From contig NW_026948269.1 in assembly GCF_963921235.1 (NCBI RefSeq), forward strand, positions 372,001 through 436,000: DNA of 64,000 bases, in the 5' to 3' direction. The stretch is from Mobula hypostoma. Its lineage: Eukaryota. Shown here one piece after another: positions 22,926 through 34,790 of the stretch (position 1 is the first letter of the stretch; each line of letters begins with the position of its first letter). The position numbers and the translations under genes are program-made. The notes beneath the pieces were generated by a model, which worked only from the letters and a program-made list of their open reading frames with translations, searched no databases and had not been told where the DNA came from.

Positions 22926-25344
22926 ATGCTTGAAACATTGTACAGTGTGAGAAAGATATGGTACATGATCATTGCCGTTATTGGTGTTCCTGGTAAGAAC
23001 ATCGGCGAACAAACATTTGCTAGTCTGTGTGCGCGGTCTTTGGACTCGTTCAGTTACCGACAGCGTTGTGATGCCGGTGTATCGGTGAGTGAGGTACCGA
23101 CATTGTAACACAACAATCTGTGCATTCAGAGGTTCCCTTACAGTTTAATCCACGGCTTCGACTGAAAATAAACCGGCAGCTGAAACTAATGTAGAATGGC
23201 AGATTGGGGAGATGGAGTCATTTTGCGGATTCATGGCGGAGAGTTTTGATTTATCAATGTAAAGCCGCTGTCCGATAATCCAACCCCCTCGGCACCTTTA
23301 CGGGCTACTTTGTGATATTCCGTATCAATATTGTAATATGCTTTAAACTTAAATATAAATGTATTGCGCTGTGTTTAAATAAATTGCTGCAAGTTTGAAG
23401 GGAACGCGGGAAGAGGATCGTCGTGATATTTCGGGGAGAGCGGTAGACATCACTTGTGACTCAGATTCGGAACCATTGGGAGTTTTCGAAAATTCAGATC
23501 AGGGTCTGTGCGCGCTTTAGTGTGCCAGAGTTTGTTTCCACACCCTGTTGTCCGTGGCGAAGCGGGAGTTAAGAGCCAACACTGTGGTTTCCGTAAGCGG
23601 CTGGCGGGATAAGGTCCGTGCGATACTCCGCTCCGGAACAATAACCATTGAATCATTTAGAATAATGCTGCAGTAGTTTGGAGCAACTCCTAAAAGAGGC
23701 AGATGTTTTGAAGTACTTATATTGTCTTTGCTTTAGAAATTGAATGTTTTAAGCACAAACGTGCAAAATATCTGCAACGTTAATCGGGTCAGAGGGAATA
23801 TTTAAAAGCGAGAATTGAAACTTTCGATCCGATCCCTTGCTATAGTGTGAAGGAACCCGAGTAGTTGCGGAATTTGAATAAGCGAATCCGGTGAAACCCT
23901 GTGGGCGAGTGACAAACGGGAGCCTAGAAGGAGACGAAGACAATGCAACGGGAGAACTAAATTTGCTTTGAAATTTGTAAATGGACAGAGCTCGGGTTTC
24001 GTGGTATGCAGAGAATGCCAGAACATAGGTGACTGGAACGCGGCAATCACCGTCGCTGAGAAAAAAAATGCCAATTCTTCAGGCTTTCCCATGAGTCAAA
24101 ACCCAATGCTGGGAGATTTACGTTGATTTCTCCAAAGTGCCCCCAGCGATCAGTTGACAATGCCTCTTTCCATGACACTGCTCCTCTACCAGTAACAAGC
24201 ACCGCACCGTTTTACACCTTTTTCAAATTCCAGAAACGAGTTGTCCACAAGGTTTTATTGTTCTCAATGTCCAGCATATCTCTGCACTGAAACACATGGA
24301 CCGCGAGAGAGTAAATCCCTCATACTTCTGACGAAGGGTCTCGGCCTGAAACGTCGACTGTACCTCTTCCTAGAGATGCTGCCTGGCCTGCTGCGTTCAC
24401 CAGCAACTTTGATGTGTGTCCCTCATACTTCTTGCTGTTTCCCCAGTGAATTTCGTGACGATGGTGATCCTGAGCAGGGGAAAGTGCGGCCTCTCTACCT
24501 GCACCACTCGCTACCTGGTGACCATGGCAACGGCGGATCTACTTATCATCATCTTTCAAGTCATTCTATGGCGGGTCAGTTATTATTATTTCCCAGGGAC
24601 TTTCCTGGATATCACCCCCGTACGCAGTGTGATCTATGCCCTGGGACTATGTTCTGGCTGGTTTACCGTCACTTCTACGTTTGATCGGTTTGCCGCCATC
24701 TGTTACCAGAAGTTGAAAACGAAATATTGCACCGGGAAACTGCGGCTGTGGTTTTGACAACAACCGGCGTTCTGCTCTGTTTTACCAACGCGCCCTACTT
24801 CTTCATATATCGTCCTGCGAAAGTGATTGACAGTATTCCATGGGACTGTATTCGAAAGCCGAGATACTCTACGGATCACGGATGGGTGGGATTTAGATGG
24901 TTTTCTGCAGTTGTAACTCCGTTAATCCTGTTGGTGTTAATACTACTGTTCAGCTCTCTGACAGTCAGACACATTTTAGTGACTCGTCGCGTCCGTGAGG
25001 GGATGAGGGGTCAGAGCAAGTCAGGGAACCGCAGTGACCCGGAGATGGAGAGCAGGAGGAGGTCTGTGATTTCACTTCTCACCGTCTCCGGAAGCTTCAT
25101 CGTCCTGTGGTCGGTGAATGTTGCCGAGTTTCTTTATAACACCATCGCCGGGTTGGATCAAAATTATTACAACGATTCTGAATACATATTTCCACAATTG
25201 GGATACATGCTGGTGATATTAAGTTGTTGCACAAACACGTTTATTTATGGGGTAACTCAGTCCAAGTTCAGAGAGCAGTTCATCAGCGCAGCGAAATATC
25301 CGCTCACGTCAATTATTGAGCTAATTAATAGACAAAACATTTAA
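22926..25344 (+). pseudogene. GPR139-like GPCR paralog 2, probable pseudogene (exons 22926-22992, 24447-25344)
   Basis: Same 67-nt first exon and phase-1 intron as paralog 1 (VIGVP-G|GTAAGA; ccccAG|TG). One-base deletion at 24737-24739 (gggAAActg versus gggAAAActg), 4-codon deletion in TM3, and TPVC changed to TPVR (loss of the conserved disulfide Cys). Confidence 0.85.
24328..24418 (+). mobile_element. ~90-bp Penelope-derived insert starting at a hammerhead core, with 14-bp TSD
   Basis: TCCCTCATACTTCT duplicated at 24316-24329 and 24419-24432; insert begins CTGACGAAGGGTCTCGGCCTGAAACGTCGACTG. Confidence 0.85.
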
Positions 25345-27099
25345 GTTGTTCTCAGATGCGGTCGCAGTGATTTCCATCTTGACGCTACAGTACGGGCGTC
25401 ATCGGAGAACGTAGCAGTGAGGAGAATAAAACAGGTTTAGAGCCGAAGATAGACACAGCACAAGAACAAACACTTGCGACCTCCGTATCCCACCAAATCT
25501 TAAATTCACCCTACTTTTTGCGGAAGATAAAAGAAAAAGGCAGCCGACGATCGACGCGAACTTACAGTAAACATCGCTCTTGTACTTGTTTTTCTTTGTA
25601 AATATTTTCAGATGGGTTGCGAATCGTAATGACGTATGCAGTTCACACAGTTTATACATATATAACCCGTAATGAATTATTTAAACGCAGCAGAGTGCTT
25701 AATCAAGCAATATACACAAGATTTCGAAAATATTACAATTTTAAATCAACAATTATATCCTGTTTATCTGAGTGAGTGATGATTAATTGCGAAATGCATA
25801 ATGTTACAATTCTACGTGTAGTTTTGAAACAAGTAAATTATTATGAATATTATTATTGTGGTTGCATTTTTTTTCTTAGCTCAGGTTGGTAAGTCCTGAG
25901 CTACAGGGATAAGCTTGCACAGCCACTTCTCAGTTACAAGAATAGTCGTGTTGAGTACTGTATTGTGGGTTTCTGAATATTTACATATGTACTGTTGTTT
26001 CACCTAATTGTTTAATGCCCTTATGTACTGACTTTCGGATGGCGTCATTTGTAGATATTGTTATTGAGACAATGCGTTACAAGGATTACCCGTTAGTAAT
26101 AATGAGCATTTCGGCACAGAAAGAGAATTTGTATTTACTGACAAGTCACTTTACTTTCTCAACTAAAAATAAAGTTCCACAACCGAATACCTATCTGCGC
26201 GCCTACTATTTCCCTGTCATTCCATGAACAGTCAAATAATGGTAAAGGTAATACCCTGGCGAGGGGGGGCGGGTGCCTATGCTGGCTAGGTGTTCCCGAT
26301 CTAATGTCCACGTATCCGACATGGGGTTATTAACTTCAACTGTCCCCGATTGTTCTTCCTCGGAGAGTTGTCACAGTTTTGCATTCGAAGATCCTTACTA
26401 TTAAGCAGTTTGTATCAGTTCAAACGCTACGTTTCAACCTCGTCTCGAGGTCATCTGCCTGACCTGGGTCACCTTCGTTTGGCCGTTGTCCAAGCCAGCA
26501 TCTATTTACTGTCCTCTACCATAAGTGCTGACTGGTAATTTACGGCGTTTTGTTCGAAATCAGTTACCAAACCAGTAACCAGCCCGAATCCCTCAGAAAA
26601 GACACAGATCGCACCATTCACAAACCTGCGTGTTATATTATACAAAGGAATACCTCTCAAATAACTTATCCTTTGGAAATGATCTCCAGACCATCAGATT
26701 ACCAGGAGCATTATTGTGTCCACCTCAAAACACTGACTCAGCCGAGCAAGACCAGTTCAGATAATGGAGGATACAGGTCAGCTTCTCAGAATAGCAGCCT
26801 CCATTCCTTCGACCTTTTGGCAAGAACAAAGACAATTGGCTTGTCTACTTCCGTTGTCCTTGATCCAATCGAATTCGCTGATTTGTATTTCTGGCTAACA
26901 ACCGTCTGAATGGAGATAGGCCACCTGGAACAGATGTACTATAAACTAGATTTCGGAAAGGGGAGGCCGAATACACTTAGGGGGTATTCGCACTGCTCTT
27001 TCAGGAATAACTGGATTCTGCCGTGTTTCTTGAGAACTGAAAATCTGCAAATGTTACATCACTACGGAAGCAGAAGAAATGAAATTATCCGCCACTTAT

Positions 27100-28105
27100 C
27101 CTAACTTGAGAGGTTGGAAAGGTGTTGGAGTCTATTATCAAAAATGAGTTTTCGGAGAGATTGGAGGCACATGATAAAAATGGACCATAGTTGTCTAAAG
27201 GAAAAATCTTGTCTGACAAACCTGTTGAGGAGTTAATGGGCAGGATAGACAAAGGAGAGTCAATGGATGTTGCTTATTTGTATTTTCAGAAGGACTTTGA
27301 CAAGGTGCCCCACATGCGGCTGCTCAACACGATAATAACCGATGGTATTACACGAAAGGTACTGGCTCGGATTGAGTATTGGCTGACTGGCAGAGAGTGG
27401 GAATAAAAGGATCCTTTTCTGGTTGACTAGTGGTGTTGCGAAGAGGTCGCTTTTGGGATGACTTATTTTCACGTTATATGTCAGTGACATGGATTATGGA
27501 ATTGATAGCTTTCTAGCCAAATTTGCAGATTATACCAAGATAGGTGAAGGGTCAGTGTGACGGCAGAAGGAATTGCACAGATTGTGGAATGAGCAAAGAG
27601 CTGAGAGATGGAATATGCATCAGGGAAGGATATTGTCATATAATTTTTCAGTTTGCAGACTACAGGAAGATAGGTGGAAGGGCAGGGTGTCTGCAGAAGG
27701 AATTAGTAAAATTGCGAGAATGGGAAAAGACCTGGGATATGGAAAGTAGTTAGGGAACGCATCGTCATACAAATTGGCAGAAGAAATTCAGGTGTGGATT
27801 ATTTTTTAGACGGTGACAACATTCAAAAATCAGAGGTCCAAATGAACTATGGAGTCCTCGTGCCGGATTCCCTGCATTTAAACTTGCAGACTGACACGGT
27901 GGTAAGGGAAGCAAATGTAATATTTTCATTCATTTTCGGAGGACTAGGATACAAATACAAGGATGTAATACTGATTCTTTGTCAGCCATTGGTCGGACCT
28001 CATTTGGAATATTGTGAGCAATTTGAAGAGAATTTAAGAGAAGATGTGCTTGCTTTGGAGAAGTTACAGAGAAAGTTCACGCGAATCACCCCAGGAAAGA
28101 AAGGG
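27100..28105 (+). mobile_element. Decayed CR1 RT fragment
   Basis: DKGESMDVAYLYFQKDFDKVPH, PHLEYCEQF. Confidence 0.85.
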
Positions 28106-28139
28106 TATACACTATACATCCTGAAATGCTTTGTTCTTC

Positions 28140-28805
28140 GCAAATCCCTGGGGATTACAAATACTTGGGGATACGAATTGACAATAAACTGGACTGGTCA
28201 AAGAACATTGAGGCTGTCTACAAGAAGGGTCAGAGCCGTCTCTATTTCCCGAGGAGACTGAGGTCCTTTAACATCTACCAGACGATGCTGAGGATGTTCT
28301 ACGAGTCTGTGGTGGCCAGTGCTATCATGTTTGCTGTTGTGTGCTGGGACAGCAGGCTGAGGGTAGCAGACACCAACAGAATCAACAAACTCATTTGTAA
28401 AACCAGTGATGTTGTGGGGACGGAACTGGACTCTCTGACGGTGGTGTCTGAAGAGAGGATGATGTCCAGGTTGCATGCCATCTTGGACAATGTCTCCCAT
28501 CCACTACATAATGTACTGGGTGGGCACAGGAGTACATTCATCCAGAGACTCATTCCACCGAGATGCAGCACAGAGCGTCATAGGAAGTCATTCCTGCCTG
28601 TGGCCATCAAACTTTACAACTCCTCCCATGGAGGGTCAGACACCCTGAGGCAATAGGCTGGTCCTGGACTTATTTCCTGGCATAATTTACATATTACTAT
28701 TTAACTATTTATGGTTTTATTACTAGTTAATTATTTATGGTGCAACTGTAACGAAAACCAATTTCCCCCGGGATCAATAAAGTATGACTATGACTATGAC
28801 TATGA
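28140..28805 (+). mobile_element. Rex-Babar LINE 3' end with (TATGAC)n tail
   Basis: YKYLGIRIDNKLDWSKN..KKGQSRLYF..SFLPVAIKLYN; AATAAA then TATGAC repeats at ~28783-28805. Confidence 0.88.
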
Positions 28806-29379
28806 TTATAAACATTCAGAAAAACAGAAAAGTGCCCCAAAGAATGAAGGACAGCTGAACATAAGAATCCCAAATTCCCCGCTCCCCAGCTCGCCCCTCC
28901 CGTGCGTAAACGGCAGCAAGCAACAATCCCCCCTCCCGCGTCCGGCAGAAAAGCATCGGCACCGCCACAGCAAAGGCACAGGCTTGCAGTTACCCCAAAG
29001 ACATCGCGTTTCACCCGGTATTTGACATATGACAGGTTCCCTCTCTCCCTAATATGGGAGAAGGTAGTGTCTCCTTTTTCCCAGCGAGCGGGGAGAGACG
29101 ACAAACAACTCGTCAGTTTATGGTGTTAAAAGTCCTTACGTCGCTTTTTTGAGCTCCGTGCCTGAAGATTGCACAGATCTCGGGTCTTCGGGCCCACAGC
29201 AGTAGATTTTCCGACTCCCACGACGACACATGGGTTTCCTGCCGAGACACCGACCCTCGATCAGCCCATCTCCAGAGCCCCGAGATCTTTGGCTTCCAAA
29301 TCCGAGCCGGACTGTCAGGCCAAACCCTTGGCGCGCCGAAAAACAGCCAGTCCATAAACCCCAAGAACGGGCCGGCAAT

Positions 29380-29880
29380 TCCTAAGAACCTTCTACAGGG
29401 GCACAACTGAGAGCATCCTGACTGGCTGCATCACTGCCTGGTATGGGAACTGTACCTCCCTCAATCGCAGGAACCTGCAGACAGTGGCGTGGACAGCTCA
29501 GCGCATCTGTACGTGTGAATTTTCTCACTATTCAGGACATTTACAAAGACAGGTGCGTAAAAAGGGTCCAACGGATCACTGGGGACCCGAGTCACCCCAA
29601 CTACAAACTATTCCAGCTGCTACTATGCGGGAAAAGTTACCGCAGCGTAAAAGCCAGGACCAACAGTCTCCGGGTCAACTTCTTCCACCAGACTATCAGA
29701 CTGATTAATTGATGGTGACGTAACTGTATTTCTATGTTATATTGACTGCCCTGTTGTACATACTATTTATTAAAAAATATTATAAATTGCACCTTGCACA
29801 CTTAGACGGAGGCGTTACGTAAAGATTTTTACTCCGGTATATGAAGGATGTAAACAATAAAGGCAATTCAATTCAATTTT
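29380..29880 (+). mobile_element. Rex-Babar LINE 3' fragment
   Basis: ESILTGCITAWYG, DPSHPNYKLFQLL; AATAAA and (AATTC)n tail. Confidence 0.8.
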
Positions 29881-32025
29881 TCTACATGCTTTTTTTTCGC
29901 TGCCTTCATTTGGTTTTTAAAATTCTCGCAATCCTCTAACTTCCCATTAATTTTGGTATTTAATACACAAGTATATCCTGCTTATCTAAATGAGTGGCGA
30001 TTAATTGCGAGATGCATAACGTGACAATTCCGTGTATAGTTATGAAACAGGCACATTATTATGCATATTATTTTTATTGCATGTTTACTTTGACACCTAT
30101 TTCTCAATTGCTACGATCTTCCGCACTATTATAATCGTGTATAGTATTGTGAAGTTCTGGAGATATGCATAAATATTGTTTTGGTCTAATTGTTTAATGC
30201 AATAAAGAAATGACTTTCGGATGACGCTATTTGTACATATTACTATTGAGACAATGCGTGACAAGGATTACCCGTTCGTAATAATGATCAGTTCAGCACA
30301 AAGAAAGAACTTGTATTTACAGAGAAGTACCTTTAAAATCACGTGAATTTGCACAACCGAATACCTACCTGCCCTCCCTTTTACAGTTGTTCTACCTTCG
30401 ACTTCCCTTATCAGCCACGCTTCCCACGCCTGCCCTTTAGAATACTCCTTCACTGTGCTTTCCGATTTACCCGCAGAAACTCCAGCCATTGCTGTTCTGT
30501 CGTCAATCCTACTCGTTTCCCCTTGTCAGCAGCTTTGACCGGCTCCTCTCTCATGTCTCTGTTATTATCTTTATTCTACCGTCATACAGATATATCTCAG
30601 TTTAATTTCTCCCTCTCAAACTGCAGGGTGAATTCTGTCATATCGACTTCGGTCTTCCTCCCTTCTCCCACCACACACCTTCCATCCGTAGAAGATGCAA
30701 AAGCCGAAAAGTACTTTCCCCTCGAGTCAAGAACAACAGGATAGCCCTTTAATCTCTCCTCCTCTTTTAACCTTTCTGACTGACTCTCTCTCCCTCTCTC
30801 CCCGTTCTTTCACATTCTCTCTCGTTCTCTCCCTTTCCTACTACAATCTCATATCCACTGGGAAGACTGGCCCCTCGTGTCACCACCTTCCCCTCCCCTG
30901 TCCCCCCGAGATGACAGATCGTGCTCGAACCAACATTGGCCTTACCCTCCCCATCGCCACTGCAGAAGATCATTTCCAAATGAATGATCGGCGACTATCT
31001 CTCTCTCTTCGTCTTCCCCACATTCGTTTCGGTTGCCCGGCCTGCTGAGTCTGTCGAGGATCTACCACCCATATACAGCCGTGCTTTATTCGGAACCTGT
31101 CAGCAAACGGTCCGCCAGTTATTCTCCCCAACACCTCCCTTTCCCTCCGCGCTCTGCTGCTTCCTTTCGTTCTCCCGTCTGTTGGACGAGTGGCTACTCC
31201 GATCTCACTGAATCTCACCGATTAGTTTGTTCCCTCGAGCGGCGTCCTGTTCCCTTCACCGGCGTCACTGGACCTTTGTGCCAAGGGTGGAGCCTGCGAA
31301 GAACGAAGGTGCTGTCCGAGGGGGTGCAGAGTTAGGTTCCTCTCTCCTTTCTCTATGTCGCCTGCGCAAGCGTCCCTTCTCTCTCCAGTTCTCCACAACT
31401 TCTCTTCTTTCTCCTACTCACTCTCCTCTTCACTCCCTTACCCATTCTGCACTCTCCCTCCCCTGTTTCACTGTTTCGTCCATGTATTTCTACGTGTCTC
31501 ACACCAGTCTCTCCACCATCTCCCGCCATGACTGTCTTCCTCCCTCTGTGACTCCACCCTCCCTGTGTTGGCCCCGGTGAAAACAGACAAGTCGGAAAGC
31601 CACCGTTCCCCGAAACAGGTTCCCAGGAATGATTCCCACATTGCGAGTATTGACTTAACCGGAAGAGTTCGGACAAGCCAGACTTTTACCCACTGGGGGT
31701 GGGCAGAGTGAGGGGAGGGAGACCAAAAGGAAAGGAGGGGTGAGAGGGATGGAGAGGGAGAGTGGGCGGAAGAGGGAAAGAAAGGAGCGAGCGAAATGTG
31801 AGGGATCTGGAGAGGGAGTCGCAGGAGAGATGGGGAGAGAATCAGAATCTGAAATTGTATCGCATAATGTGATATTTATTGTTTTGCAGCAGCAGTACAG
31901 CGCAAAGGCATAAGACTACAATAAAGTACAAAAATAAATCGATAGTTCAAAATGGAATAAATAGGTATGTTCACGGGTTCACGGGCCTTTCGGGAATTTG
32001 AAGACGGATGAGAATAAGCTGCTCC

Positions 32026-34790
32026 TGTTACACAGGCGTGGCCGTGGACGAACCCAAATGTAGAACAGGGCGCGGAGGCAGATTCGGGAGGCGTTATTGC
32101 CGTAGCGAGCGTGGAATCGGTATCCCGGAGAGTCTTTGGTTTGGAGAGAAACCAGGAGCGATACTACACTTAGAACTGACAGTCCTAAGAACCATGAAAC
32201 GAGGTTACTCACACTGGAGTCGACCAACGAACTGACAGCTCCTTTTTGTGATCACAGGGCCTTTATCCTGCATCTTCTGATCGAAAGCAGATGTGTGTAT
32301 TTCTTGGAACCTGGGAATGATTGGAAATTAAACGAGGGGATTGAGGCCCAATTCCTGCGCTAACGAGCAAGCTGGGGGATTGCCAGAAGGGACCATGACA
32401 AATTCCCTCCCTCAACGGGAGCCTCCAGGCGATCCTCCAGGCCTGTCCGGATTGTCCCGGTGAAAGTCTTGGATGAGGGAAGGGTCTGGGATGAAGGAGC
32501 GGGCGACCCAGGAACGCTCTTCTGGACCGCACCCTTCCCACTCCACCAGGTAATGGAGACCCCTGCCCCGAAGGCGCACATCTAGTAGTCGTCGGAAGGT
32601 GTATGCCGGATGGTTGTCGATGATACGGGCAGGTGGGGGAGTGTCAGCCGGGGGACACAAGGGGCTGACGGAAAAGGGGTTTAACTGGGAAGCATGAAAA
32701 GTCGGGTGGATGCGCGTAGATCTTGGAAGCTTTAGGCGGACCGCTGCGGGATTGATAATGCTTTCGACCTTGAATGGTTCAGGAAGCGAGGGGCGATTTT
32801 CCTATGCTCGTTCTTGAGCGGTATCTCCTTGGAAGAAAGCCACACCATCTGCCCCGGTCGGTACTCAGGCGCTGGAGTCCGGTGCCGGTTAGCCGTCTTT
32901 TTATTGCGATTTGCTGATCTGAGTTGGGCCTTGCGTGTCTCCTCCCAAACCTTAGGGCACCTATCGATATGGTCCTGAACCGACGGTACCGCAATCTCCT
33001 CTTCCTGCACGGGGAATAGCGGGAGTTGGTACCCCAGGGAGCACTCGAATGGAGAACTTCCAATGGGACAGCACACCAGAGAGTTGTGGGGCACTCAACC
33101 CACGGGACGTGGTCGCTCCAGGTCGACGGGCTCTTTGCCGTTACACAACGTAGCGTCGCCTCCAAGTCCTGGTTGACCCGTTCCGTCTGCCCTTTCGTCT
33201 GTGGGTGGAAGCCGGATGACAAGCTGACCGATGCACCTAAGGCTTGACAGAAGGCCTATACCCTAGCACTACAGGGGCTTGAGGTGAACGAATGCGACTG
33301 AATCGTACCTCCTCCCGATGGTTGCCGGGCCAACAGTTTTCCGTCCGGGACCGGGCCTCCAGTGGGGTGGTTAGCAGCTCACGAGGTAGTCCGGCCTGGG
33401 TGGCTATCTCTTCGTCCAGCAGATTGCCCTCAGCACCGGAATCCACTAAAGCGGGTAGGGACAGGGACAGTTGTTGGTAATTCACGGTAGCCGGGATCTG
33501 CATCCGAGTATGGGGGTGGGGGGCTGAAGGAAGTATTGTCCGGCTCACCAGGGCTCCCTTTTCACTGGTGAGCCTTCCCTTTTGGCCCATGAGGACTGCT
33601 ATCCCGGGAATGTCCTGGTTGGCCACAATAGTAACAATCTCCAGCTCTCCACCTCCGAAGTCGTTCGGCCCGGGAAGAGACGGTTCCGTCCCAGCTGCAT
33701 CGGTTCCTCCCCCAGGGGGGTGGGGACGGTCGGAGCAGGATTTACACTTGGAGCGGCTGGGTAAGGGAGGCTGGCTGAGAGTGATAAGGTGGACGGTGGG
33801 CTTCCCCGAGGAGCGGGGCGACTGGTTCTTTCTCTCAGCCGCTCTTAAAGTCTATTATCTAATCCAGTGGTTCGCGAGATCAGAGAGTCCAGACAGTCCG
33901 GGTCGTCCTTCGTTGCCTGCTCATCCTTTTTTCTTGTCCGAGAGACCCTGTCGAAACACCCCCTGTAGGGCCTCGTCATTCCACCCGGAGTCTGCGGCTA
34001 AGGTCCGGTACTCGATGGAGTACCTCGCTGTGCTTCGTGAACCCTGACAGAGTCAGGAAGCGTTCAGTAGGGTCCTTACCGCGAATGGGTTGTTCGAAGA
34101 CCTTCCTCATTTCAGCAACAAAGGAAGGGAAGGAGGAACAAACCTCTGGTCGACTATCCCATATCGCAGTTGCCCAAGCCAAGACATCCCCTCGTCACAG
34201 CCCCATGATGTACGCAATCTTGGATTTATCTGAAGTGCAGGTGCGTGGCTGTAGCTCAAAGACTAAGGAGCATTGAAACAGGAAGGCCCGGCACCTCCCT
34301 TGGTCCCCAGTGTAGATTTCGGGCGCGGGTACGTATGGCTCTCGAGGGGACTGTGTTCCTCTTCCCAGGGGCGACGCCATCCCAAGCTGTACGGTTTGGG
34401 TAGTTGTGGTTCTTGGAGGGGACGGAGAAGGGGAAGCGGAAACTCGGTCCACATGCTCACTGGCCTTCCGTACATTCGTGGACAAAGTCCGAAGGATTTC
34501 CGTGACCTCCCTAAGTATCTGGACGTGGCCGCCCGGTAGGTAGCCGTGGCTGCCGAGGGCCTGTTGTACTGGATCGGTGTCCGCTGGGTTCATTGTAGCC
34601 AGTTCGTTCTGTTACACGGGCGTGGCGGTGGACGAACCCAAGTGCAGAACACGGGCGCGGAGGCGGAGTCGGGAGACGTTATCGCCGTAGCGAGCATGGA
34701 ATTGGTTTTCAGGAGAATCTTTACCCGAAGTGTTGGGTTTGCAGAGAATTCAGGAGCGATGCTAGACTTAGCACTGATAGTCCTAAGAAA
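32026..34790 (-). mobile_element. Sushi-type chromovirus (Ty3/Gypsy) with internal deletion: 3' LTR 32026-32400, truncated 5' LTR 34610-~34790
   Basis: Direct LTRs both start TGTTACAC on plus; PPT GGGAGGGAATT adjacent to 32400. Gag from ATG 34593 (YTGDQGRCRAFLFQC; CYYCGQPGH knuckle), protease ALVDSGAEGNL, integrase C-half [17 protein letters not shown], chromodomain [18 protein letters not shown] and RNase H are missing. Confidence 0.92.

Noticed and set aside
24180-24300. STRFYCSQCPAYLC resembling a piggyBac C-terminal Cys-rich domain
   Set aside because: Single short motif; no TTAA/TIR or DDD domain recognised nearby.
30640-31620. Pyrimidine-rich region with several overlapping ORFs
   Set aside because: Low-complexity and probably decayed Penelope 5' sequence; no convincing protein motif.
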